Part shown: positions 1-8,939 of the stretch, piece after piece
Position numbering within the stretch: the first letter of the stretch is position 1
How the letters are laid out: each line of letters begins with the position of its first letter
DNA from: a virus
IMG/VR virus record: IMGVR_UViG_3300025849_000016
Location: 42,705 to 106,704 of that record
Length of the DNA: 64,000 nucleotides
Reading direction: 5' to 3' (one strand)
Translations under genes and position numbers: made by a program
Notes under the pieces: generated by a model
Databases searched by the model: none
What the model was told of the DNA's origin: nothing
The model's input: only the letters and a program-made list of their open reading frames with translations

Positions 1-2899
1 AATCAGATGCGGACAATGTTATACTTGTTAAGCTGCCAAACTGTGCATTGTTTTCAATTTTTCTAAAATCTGCGCCGCCTATGTTACTTGAATCGTCGCT
101 TTCTTTGATTCGTATTTCTGCTATACTTTTATATCTTGTTTTTTGATTTTGTAAAGATCCTGCAATTCCTGATCCTGTAATAGTATAAAGTGCTTCTGTA
201 TATTCTTGTCCTGCATGAGAAAATCCTACACCAACAATTTTTCCATCTGCATCTGTATATGTTTCTTTAACTACTGCTTCACTAGATCTGTTATTTAAAG
301 TAGCAGTAATAGGCAGTTCTTCTGGATTTACTCCTTCAGCAACTGATCCAAAGTCTCCGTAAGAGTTGTTTCCGTTAGTTGCTCTAAGTTTGCCACCATC
401 AGTAGCAAGATATCCTATATGACAATAATATGTAAACACAGACACAAGTTCTGATCTACCTTGTCCATCTGCCCAATACCCAATGCCGTCACTTAAAATC
501 TGTGTAAAGTCGTTAGCTACCATTGATCGATATCCACCGTTATGTAAATTTCCATCAATTTTCATTCCAACACATCCTGTGCCAAAAGAACTACAATTTT
601 GTACATATGGTGATTTATTTTCAATCCAAACTGATGTATCATCTGGTCCTTCACCAGGATCGAGTGATACATATGAACCAGCACTTGGGCGTCTTGTTAA
701 ATAATCGTTTAAATCACCAAGTGTTCCATTTAGACCTGAAAATGTCATATTACGCATTCCACTTCCGTTATTCATATAAAACATGTTTGCTGTTTCATAA
801 CTTGCGGCTGGTTTAACATTAACACTTCTTAATTCGTCGCCTATAATTGCAACTTCTCTTGGAACTATAATAGGTAATTCTTCTTCATATGTTCCAGTTT
901 TAACAAAAATAGTAGCAGGTGCTCGTCCTGGAAGATCAGCTGCAATGTACTCACATGCATACTTGATAGTTCTAAAAGGTGCACCTTCACTACCATTTTG
1001 TGTTGTATTGTTTCCTAATAAGCTAACATAGTACACTTTTGGCACATTTTGAAATTGTGCCCATTCAATCGGCGATGCTGCTCCAACTTTTAAAGTATTA
1101 CCTGCTGTGCCTATTGCAAAATTACTATCACTGGATAAATTTCTATATTTTAAATCACCGACATTAACTAGTACGTTTGTAGCACTACCTTGAATTAATA
1201 TATTCCAATAGCTATTATCAGCATCTAAATCAGGTCTAACTAATGTACTATCGTCGCTTTGATGGCCTTGAATACAGACGTATGCTGTACCTGCATATGT
1301 TGCAACATCACCTAATGCATATCTTGTTGCTAAATTCCATGGTCCTTTCCATGCAACACCTGTAATAATTTTATCCCAACTAGCACTATCATTTGTTACT
1401 ATTGCTTTACTAAAGTTATACATTCCACTATGATTTGCACAGACAGGATACAGTGTATTCCAGTTAGATTGAGGTTGAAGTTCAATTGTTCTTACATTAG
1501 CGGAACTAAAACCAGATATATATAATTCTGGAGTTACTTCTATATTATCTAATTTATACACTGGCCCTACTACATAATTATAATTTCCTTCAACATGATG
1601 TCCATTCTCTTTTGTACTAAAATACATAGGATGTGTATTATTAGTACTGTCTGATTGGTTAATTATATATGTATTTCCGATTACTAAAAATAGATTAGGT
1701 GCTAACACACCATTTAGAAAATATTTATTAGAACCTGAAGATTCTGCTACAGTAACTTCATAAGTTGTTGTTGACGGCTCTTCAATTGGGTACGAAGAAG
1801 TATCTTGGGTTGCAACATATATGTCTCCCCCGTCTCTAACTACATCACCTGTAGCGTATCTTGTATCTTCAGTCCATTGACCTCTAAAATTATAACTTGT
1901 CGATATTACATCCCAAAATGCACTATCAACTGCTGGGAAATTTCCTATGTTTAAATTAGTAATACTACTATAAGTGTATCCGCCATATAGTACCATATCG
2001 CCTATTTGATAAGATGTTGTTTCATTATATAGTGCTTCATAACCTGTGCCTGGTATGTATAATGTCCAGTTTCCAGGAGTAAATGCTACGGTTTGTTGAA
2101 CTATAGATGTAATATATAAACTATTGTTCCATTTTACAATATCGTTTGGCAAATACAAAGTACTATTCGACCAAACGCCTGCATAACGTGTACTATCTAT
2201 AACTAATTCCCAATTCGAAGAATCAATAGGTAGACCGAGTAACTCGTTTGCCGTTGATGTATGCCCTGTTATACAACGATATATTCTACCGCCGTATGTA
2301 ACTACATCTCCTTTTGTAAATCTGTTACTTATTCCCCAAGAGGTTCTAAAATTATCTGAAGGATTTATTAGCTCCCATTTTTCTTGATCTGCTTCAAGAC
2401 CGTCTGAGGTTGACCTCGACGTGTGTTCTGTTATACAATTATATGTATAACCATTATATGTAACTACATCTCCTACAAAATAACTACGTGTTACAGCCCA
2501 GCTATTACGCCATTGCGATGTTTTTGCAAGAAACTCCCATTTTTCTATATCTGCTGCAACTCCGGATGTACTTAGTGCTGCACTTGTATGACCTGTTATA
2601 CACTTATATATAGTAGCTCCGTATTTAATAACTTCACTAGTTTCGTACTTTGTATTTGCTGCCCATGTACCTCTAAATCTTTGGCCTTCTGCCATTAGTA
2701 CCCATCTAGGTTCGGGATTGCTGTACAGATCAACTGCATTTAAATCGTCGTCAAAAGAAGATAACGATGAAATATGTCCAATTAAACAAACATAAATTTT
2801 ACCGCCTACAACTGCAATATCGTCTTGACTAAATGACGTTCCGTTGGCCCAGGGACCTTTCCAAATGTATTTAAATCGTGATATATTAAATTCTGCCAT
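1..2899 (-). CDS. Large virion structural/fibre protein, 3' partial: CBM5/12-like repeats, cupredoxin-like insert, pectin-lyase-like beta-helix
   Basis: Not in the ORF track because it runs off the window. ATG at 2899 after an AGGA SD; hand translation MAEFNISRFKYIWKGPW... is open to base 1. Repeated W-x4-Y-x2-GDVV-x-Y-x-G-x2-Y-x-C-x3-HTS units, an HPMYF...CANHSGM motif, and a YYVS..GN...GS...PFRTIKYA beta-helix start. Confidence 0.85.
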   Translation of the reverse strand, partial: MAEFNISRFKYIWKGPWANGTSFSQDDIAVVGGKIYVCLIGHISSLSSFDDDLNAVDLYSNPEPRWVLMAEGQRFRGTWAANTKYETSEVIKYGATIYKCITGHTSAALSTSGVAADIEKWEFLAKTSQWRNSWAVTRSYFVGDVVTYNGYTYNCITEHTSRSTSDGLEADQEKWELINPSDNFRTSWGISNRFTKGDVVTYGGRIYRCITGHTSTANELLGLPIDSSNWELVIDSTRYAGVWSNSTLYLPNDIVKWNNSLYITSIVQQTVAFTPGNWTLYIPGTGYEALYNETTSYQIGDMVLYGGYTYSSITNLNIGNFPAVDSAFWDVISTSYNFRGQWTEDTRYATGDVVRDGGDIYVATQDTSSYPIEEPSTTTYEVTVAESSGSNKYFLNGVLAPNLFLVIGNTYIINQSDSTNNTHPMYFSTKENGHHVEGNYNYVVGPVYKLDNIEVTPELYISGFSSANVRTIELQPQSNWNTLYPVCANHSGMYNFSKAIVTNDSASWDKIITGVAWKGPWNLATRYALGDVATYAGTAYVCIQGHQSDDSTLVRPDLDADNSYWNILIQGSATNVLVNVGDLKYRNLSSDSNFAIGTAGNTLKVGAASPIEWAQFQNVPKVYYVSLLGNNTTQNGSEGAPFRTIKYACEYIAADLPGRAPATIFVKTGTYEEELPIIVPREVAIIGDELRSVNVKPAASYETANMFYMNNGSGMRNMTFSGLNGTLGDLNDYLTRRPSAGSYVSLDPGEGPDDTSVWIENKSPYVQNCSSFGTGCVGMKIDGNLHNGGYRSMVANDFTQILSDGIGYWADGQGRSELVSVFTYYCHIGYLATDGGKLRATNGNNSYGDFGSVAEGVNPEELPITATLNNRSSEAVVKETYTDADGKIVGVGFSHAGQEYTEALYTITGSGIAGSLQNQKTRYKSIAEIRIKESDDSSNIGGADFRKIENNAQFGSLTSITLSASD

Positions 2900-2911
2900 T
2901 TTTTTTCCTAA

Positions 2912-3277
2912 TTATACATCGTCTGAGTAAGTATACCCTTGGTTAATTCTAACAACAAATTCACCATCATCATTTATATAATAGTAAACATTCCTATCAT
3001 CCCAACGGAATTGCTCGTAGTTTAAATTTCTATATACAAGATTATGATAGGTATCTCTACCTTCAAAAAAATCTTGCCCAGGCGTAAATCCTGGATAATC
3101 CTGACTCGGGTCATCGCCTACGTTGTTTATTTGAATGCCGTCAGTAACATTTAACTGATCAACTTTTGCAAAGTGCAGATACCCGTCCGGATCTCGACGA
3201 AGTCCATAAAAATATCTAGCGCCGCCTAGTGAATCTGCAAGCATTCCGGTATCATTACCTACATAAAAATCAGCCAT
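2912..3277 (-). CDS. Hypothetical virion-associated protein (121 aa), paralog of 15864..16373
   Basis: ORF with AGGAG SD and upstream TAAATAC; shares RxFYGxR...DFFEG...YxQxxWDD...YY...GE...RxNQG with the 169-aa ORF. Confidence 0.8.
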   Translation of the reverse strand: MADFYVGNDTGMLADSLGGARYFYGLRRDPDGYLHFAKVDQLNVTDGIQINNVGDDPSQDYPGFTPGQDFFEGRDTYHNLVYRNLNYEQFRWDDRNVYYYINDDGEFVVRINQGYTYSDDV

Positions 3278-3294
3278 GTTAATCTCCTATATTG

Positions 3295-3300
3295 TATTTA
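3295..3300 (-). promoter_or_regulatory. T4-like late promoter core (GATAAATACAAT)
   Basis: TAAATAC immediately after the upstream stop codon; the same motif recurs in most longer intergenic gaps of the window. Confidence 0.6.
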
Positions 3301-6300
3301 TCAGATAGCATTGTTTGGATAAGAATATCCTGCTCCCCAAATTATTCTTATAACTCCTCTTGAACCAGAAGCTCCGAAATCGTCTGGTATACCATTACTG
3401 TTTCCTCCTGATGAGCCGCCGCCACCGCCTCCAAATTCTCCACCTGTAGCGCCACCGTTAGCGCCGCCAGATCCACCTGTACCGTTTTTGTCTGACGTGT
3501 AAGAACCCGAAGCACCTTGTGTACCTGCGTTACCGCTAGTACCGACACCATTTACTCCAACACCACCGCCGCCACCGCCGGTAGTTGGATCATAATAACC
3601 CTGGCCGTATGAAGTATAATAAAAGTTTGTAGACTCGTGGGCGCCACCGCCTCCGCCACCTGACCCATTGCCTGGATTAGACGATACTTTGCCTGCGCCG
3701 GCGCCGCCGTTTCCTTGATAGCCTCCAGCGCCGCCACCTCCGCCACCACGTTGTCCGTCTGTGTCGCCTCCGTTGCCGCCAAAACCTCCGCCATAATTAT
3801 TAGTTTGTGCATCAGATGAGTAAACAAGAGTAGTGCCTCCAAGGCCGCCATTACTACTATTACCACCAGTACTTGTAGTTGGTGGAGTAAAAGTGTCCCA
3901 TGTCTGTCTACCACCACCGCCGCCTTCGGCTCCTAGTAAAATAGTACTTCCTCTTTTAATTGAACTATCGCCGCCGTCACCGGCTGCAGGTAAAGAAGCA
4001 GCTCCAGCACTACCTCCTGCACCAACAGTAAGTGATAATGTTTCACCTGGAGTAACTGAAATTGATTCTGCCCAAGCTAGGGCGCCGCCACCTCCTCCTC
4101 CGCCTGAACCTGTGTTATTAATACCGTTTGTGCCTGCTGTAGCATGGCCTGCACCTCCGCCTCCGCCGGCAATGACTACTGCACTAATACTAGTTACGCC
4201 TCCAGGAACAACCCATTCTTGAGAAGTAGTAAATGTTTGTGTTCCTGTAGACGGAGTTTCACTTGTATCATTTATTGTTATATTAGATGAATTAAAAACA
4301 TTACTATCAGGATCTGTTACTGTTATTTTAAAATTTTCAACTCCTTCAGAAACAGCATCATTTGATATCGGAAGCTGAATAGTTGATGTGTATCCGTATT
4401 GACTTGTATTTACTTCTGGTGCAAATATCCCTGACAATGCAACTATAAAATCAGAATTATCTATTCCCGTTCCGGATACAGCCCATGAATGTGTTCCGTT
4501 TGTTGCACAGTCAATATTAGCAAATACAATCGATCCTTCGTCATATACTAACGGAGAAATTCTAAATTCAACTGTTGGTTTTATAGTAAGTTCGTCAGAA
4601 GTAAATACAGTATTTCCTAAATTATTGACTATACTTACTGTAAATGTATCTTCAGAAATTTCTGCATCTGCTACTGTTTCTAATGTAAATGATCCGCTAT
4701 TGCCTTGAAGATAAAACGGTTCACTTTGTAAAGATTCTGAAACAATATCTATTTGCCCGGACATACTAGAATGTGTGCCGCATTGATAAAATAATCTAGA
4801 AGGTGCAGTATTAGGTACTGTAAATTCTAATACACCTGATGTTACACCTTGTCCTGTTATACCTGAGGAATACAAATTTCCATTTCCGGTTACCTGATCT
4901 GTTTTAATATAAAATGGATGTGTAGGAGTATTTACTGAAAATCTATAAGTTCTTCCTCTAATAAGTGTTAAAACTGGATTGTTAAAATTAAGTAATCCGT
5001 TTCCAGTAAAAGTATAATAATCACTTAATGTATTAACTATGTTAAACGTAATAGGTAAAGTTGTGTCTCTATAAAAATCAAAATTAGAAGTTGAAATATG
5101 ATTAATTAAATAAAAGTATGTACTACCAGATATAACGCTTTCGGTTGTAACTGTTGCAGATATTGACTGGCCTGCTCTAAATATAGTATCTGAAAAATTA
5201 ACACTAATTGTAGGTTCTTCATTGTCTTCAATTAATGTTAAATCAATACTAGTAACGTCATTGAGCTCGTATAATAAGCTGGGATTATAAATTGTAAATG
5301 TTGCTACAGCATTACCAATATATACATCTGTTTGCTCTGTTTCTATAGTAATTACTAATTGATTTTCTCCTGTAACAAATCTAGATATACCGCTTGTGCC
5401 TATAAATCTATTGTCAGTATTAGTTAATGACCAAGCAATTGTCGGAGTATCTGTTAGAGAACTTATACCATCTACAAGATGTTCTCGTTCTAATGTAATA
5501 GTAAATGTTGATCCTTCATTAACAGAAATATTAGGAGTTACAATAGTCATAGTTTTAATTTCAGATATTGTATCATTTATTCTTACATTACAAACATTAT
5601 TATTAATATCAATTATATAATTATTTGTTGCACTTAATATTCTAATAGTATTAAAAGTCGATGTTTGTAAACCTGGTTCTGAACTAATCGGAATACTAAT
5701 TGAATTAGTTAATGACGTTCCTAAAATAGTCACAATTCCACTAGTAACAGAAACTCGATCATCGTTAAGAGCTGTACCGAAGCTCCAAGATATATCTGTA
5801 GAATCAGATGGTGTTGTGTCTAATCCGTTTCTTTTAAATATTCTAGTAAGATCAATATTACCTGTAGTGCCTTCTGTTAAAATTACAGAACTTTCAACTC
5901 TAATTAATTTATATAAATTATTTATTGTGATAATACTATCTCCTAAAACAGTATATCTTGAATCGTTAATCGATGTAATTTCTATAATATTTGTTATACT
6001 AGCAGCATCTGTATTTTGTGGATTAACTGAAACTATAAAAGAAGCTTCTGATTGACCTGCTGGAATAACTGTTGAACCAGTAGTACTAGACCACCGACTA
6101 TCAGCTACATCCCCTACATTTTCTCCTCTAATAGCCCAATACACTGTTACAGGTTTTGATAAATCTGTAGTACCGTTTCTAATAGATGTACGCAATAAGG
6201 TAACAGTTAAACTATTACCTTCATCAACCGAATAGGTAGTAGACAGGAAACCTATTTCTCTTATTGGTTGATTAGGATTACTTTGAACACCTAAACTTAG

Positions 6301-7962
6301 TTGAGATGTTTGTATTGTATATGAATCTGTTACTGCTGTTAAGTTAAATGCAAACGATCCTATATTTGATCCTGGAACATCAGATAATTCGTCGTCTAAA
6401 ACAGGAATAGTAATTACCTGTGTTGAATTTCCAGCAACATACTGAACTTCTCTATCTACATTTTTTGCTGCACTATTTACAGTAGTTGGTATTATTCCAG
6501 TTAATCTATAAGAAATAATCGGAGTGTCTTCATCAAAACTCATAGTAGTATTATTATCAACTTCATACACATCATCATTGTGTGCTGCACGTTGTGCAGT
6601 TTGCCCTTCATAACCTCTGTTACCGCCCCATATAATTCTTACTGCACCGTTGCCACCGCTTGGTCCAGGAAAACATTGATCAGCATCAGTTCCTGGCCAT
6701 TCATAACCTGATGCACCATGACCAAACCAACCTGTTGAGCTAGTAATATTTGAACCGTATTTTTGGTATACTAAAGATCCTGTAGATCCATTTGAACCTT
6801 TAAATCCGTTAACATTGTTGCCGCCTATACTATTTTGACAAACTTGCCATAGTCCTGTGCCTCCGCCACATTGTCTATACCCTCCGGCACCTCCGCCACC
6901 AGATCCGTCAAGTCCGTATGGTTCTGTACCACTTCTTGGCCCGGCTGCACCTCCGGCTCCGTTATATCCTCCTGCGCCGCCTCCGCCGCCAGGTGATCCT
7001 TGAGTAATAGTTCCGTCGAGTTGAGTTACTCTTTCTGTACCGCCGCCATTACCTCCAACTCCGCCGCCTTTAGGTGACAATGATGCATCAACAACATATT
7101 GACCGCCGCTGGCTAATGAACTATAACTATTAAACGACGAAGTACCACCGCCGCTGCCGCCACATGCTGCCATAAATTGACAAGTGTTTCCTATATGACA
7201 TATACGTGTAGGTTCTCCATTAGATCCTACATTACCTACTTGTCCAGTTCCTCCTGCTCCAACTTCTATTTTAATTTGATCCCCCGGAGTAACTGAAGAT
7301 GTACCCCAAGCAAGGCCGCCGCCTCCGCCACCTTTACCCCAAAATGTTTCAAGTTGCGTTCCGTATGCTCCGCCACCGGCTCCTCCGCCACCGATTGCTA
7401 CCATACTTATTTCACACACTCCATTAGGAATTTCCCAATTATAAGTGCCTGGAGAAGTATAAGCAACTTGACCTTGCGGTTGTAATCCAGTAACTTCAAA
7501 TGTTTTTAAAATAGGTATAACAAAAGACTGTTCTGCATTATCTAAAACGACAGATGTAGCATTTGCTGCATCTATAGTTACATTTTTGTTGTATGTAATT
7601 GCGCCATTAGGCGCTGATCTAATTTCAAATCTTCGACTATATGCATATACTTCGTTATTTACTGTTGCTTTTAATTTATAAAATTGATTTTGAAAGCTAT
7701 CATCTGTTTCAATTGTTAATACAGTATAATTATTGTTTGAATCATTAGTACCGTAATTTTCAAAAGTAAATGCCGGAACATTTACAATAGTACTAGCAGT
7801 ATCTTGCTCAATTGAATATGTAACTGATTTTCTATTTGATATAATTCCTACCTTAATTTGAGAGTTAATAGGTATTATTATTTCATTTAATTTTGTTTCA
7901 AATTCAATTGTTCCAGAAGTACCACTTGAAGAAACAATGCCAATTATACCAATATCAGACAT
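3301..7962 (-). CDS. Fibre/adhesin-like protein (1553 aa): two glycine-rich modules, Calx-beta-like Ig domains, cupredoxin-like domain
   Basis: Two Gly-rich modules running from a short W-x-(I/V)P-x-GV start to (A/V)(V/I)RIIWG; SVDEG/SVNEG Calx-beta-like starts; HPFYIK...YQCGTHSSM. Confidence 0.75.
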   Translation of the reverse strand: MSDIGIIGIVSSSGTSGTIEFETKLNEIIIPINSQIKVGIISNRKSVTYSIEQDTASTIVNVPAFTFENYGTNDSNNNYTVLTIETDDSFQNQFYKLKATVNNEVYAYSRRFEIRSAPNGAITYNKNVTIDAANATSVVLDNAEQSFVIPILKTFEVTGLQPQGQVAYTSPGTYNWEIPNGVCEISMVAIGGGGAGGGAYGTQLETFWGKGGGGGGLAWGTSSVTPGDQIKIEVGAGGTGQVGNVGSNGEPTRICHIGNTCQFMAACGGSGGGTSSFNSYSSLASGGQYVVDASLSPKGGGVGGNGGGTERVTQLDGTITQGSPGGGGGAGGYNGAGGAAGPRSGTEPYGLDGSGGGGAGGYRQCGGGTGLWQVCQNSIGGNNVNGFKGSNGSTGSLVYQKYGSNITSSTGWFGHGASGYEWPGTDADQCFPGPSGGNGAVRIIWGGNRGYEGQTAQRAAHNDDVYEVDNNTTMSFDEDTPIISYRLTGIIPTTVNSAAKNVDREVQYVAGNSTQVITIPVLDDELSDVPGSNIGSFAFNLTAVTDSYTIQTSQLSLGVQSNPNQPIREIGFLSTTYSVDEGNSLTVTLLRTSIRNGTTDLSKPVTVYWAIRGENVGDVADSRWSSTTGSTVIPAGQSEASFIVSVNPQNTDAASITNIIEITSINDSRYTVLGDSIITINNLYKLIRVESSVILTEGTTGNIDLTRIFKRNGLDTTPSDSTDISWSFGTALNDDRVSVTSGIVTILGTSLTNSISIPISSEPGLQTSTFNTIRILSATNNYIIDINNNVCNVRINDTISEIKTMTIVTPNISVNEGSTFTITLEREHLVDGISSLTDTPTIAWSLTNTDNRFIGTSGISRFVTGENQLVITIETEQTDVYIGNAVATFTIYNPSLLYELNDVTSIDLTLIEDNEEPTISVNFSDTIFRAGQSISATVTTESVISGSTYFYLINHISTSNFDFYRDTTLPITFNIVNTLSDYYTFTGNGLLNFNNPVLTLIRGRTYRFSVNTPTHPFYIKTDQVTGNGNLYSSGITGQGVTSGVLEFTVPNTAPSRLFYQCGTHSSMSGQIDIVSESLQSEPFYLQGNSGSFTLETVADAEISEDTFTVSIVNNLGNTVFTSDELTIKPTVEFRISPLVYDEGSIVFANIDCATNGTHSWAVSGTGIDNSDFIVALSGIFAPEVNTSQYGYTSTIQLPISNDAVSEGVENFKITVTDPDSNVFNSSNITINDTSETPSTGTQTFTTSQEWVVPGGVTSISAVVIAGGGGGAGHATAGTNGINNTGSGGGGGGGALAWAESISVTPGETLSLTVGAGGSAGAASLPAAGDGGDSSIKRGSTILLGAEGGGGGRQTWDTFTPPTTSTGGNSSNGGLGGTTLVYSSDAQTNNYGGGFGGNGGDTDGQRGGGGGGAGGYQGNGGAGAGKVSSNPGNGSGGGGGGAHESTNFYYTSYGQGYYDPTTGGGGGGVGVNGVGTSGNAGTQGASGSYTSDKNGTGGSGGANGGATGGEFGGGGGGSSGGNSNGIPDDFGASGSRGVIRIIWGAGYSYPNNAI

Positions 7963-7970
7963 TAAAACTC

Positions 7971-8897
7971 CTAACTAAAATTCTGGCCAGCAACAAACCC
8001 ATAAAATCCGACGCCACTATCAACAGATAATAATGTAATAATATCTTTGCCGCTAGATGTTAAAGTAGGTGGCGATCCTTGTGACCAAATAATATTATTA
8101 GGCCAAGTTATATCATGTGTTGCAGTATTTGTAATAATAAGTGTTATAGTTGATCCTGCGTTAGAAGCATTTAATAAACTAAGATTAGTAATATTATTAT
8201 TTAAATTAATTGCAAATACATTAGATGTTGCTAAATCTAAATCTAATGATCCAGTAGATGACTCTAGTGTAATAGCAGGTTCATTACCTGCACCTTTTAC
8301 TTTTATGTATCCGTTCATATCAGATCTAACTTCACTTTGGTATACATATGTTCCAGCTGCATTTACTGGTATTTGCCAGTATAACGATCCAGAGTTCTTA
8401 CCTTGAGCTGAAATTCCTTGTAATACAGTTCCGTTATCAGCAACATGATATAATCCATCATTAAAATCGCTACCGGTAATATCTTGTATTCTTACAGCAT
8501 CACCTGCTGTATTAAGATCAAATCTTATAGTAGTTCCAGAAAATGCAGTTATATTAGGATTATTAGAATTTTCTGGATCTTCAGCTATTCTATAGTTTGT
8601 ACTCGAAGTAGATAAAGTAAAAGCAGCAGCACACGGGAATGCAATTTGTCTATATTTTAGAGAAGTGTTTACAAAAAAAGTACCATTATAAAATATCATA
8701 TCTCCTGATTCAAGATCTGAAAATCCTACATCAGTTAAACTTACCATTGACGTAGAGCCACCGCCACCACCGCCAGTTGCGCCACCTAATGACGTTGCCT
8801 TCCATAAATTTTTAGCTAATACATATGTGTACAAAGTATTAGATGCTATAAATTCCTGTCCATCTGTTGGATTGCTTGGAAAGTTTATTTGAGCCAT
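7971..8897 (-). CDS. Short fibre-like virion protein (308 aa) with degenerate cupredoxin-like domain
   Basis: N-terminal INFPSNPTDGQEF motif and C-terminal ITWPNNIIWSQGSPPTLT motif typical of phage fibre proteins; the middle domain matches the local cupredoxin pattern but lacks the His and Cys ligands. Confidence 0.7.
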   Translation of the reverse strand: MAQINFPSNPTDGQEFIASNTLYTYVLAKNLWKATSLGGATGGGGGGSTSMVSLTDVGFSDLESGDMIFYNGTFFVNTSLKYRQIAFPCAAAFTLSTSSTNYRIAEDPENSNNPNITAFSGTTIRFDLNTAGDAVRIQDITGSDFNDGLYHVADNGTVLQGISAQGKNSGSLYWQIPVNAAGTYVYQSEVRSDMNGYIKVKGAGNEPAITLESSTGSLDLDLATSNVFAINLNNNITNLSLLNASNAGSTITLIITNTATHDITWPNNIIWSQGSPPTLTSSGKDIITLLSVDSGVGFYGFVAGQNFS

Positions 8898-8915
8898 TTG
8901 TTGTTCTCCTAACTA

Positions 8916-8939
8916 TATTTATTGAATTAGTTGTATTTA
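8916..8939 (-). promoter_or_regulatory. Two tandem late-promoter cores (GTAAATACAA, AATAAATATAG)
   Basis: TAAATA at 8934-8939 and 8916-8921 upstream of an AGGAG SD. Confidence 0.5.
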
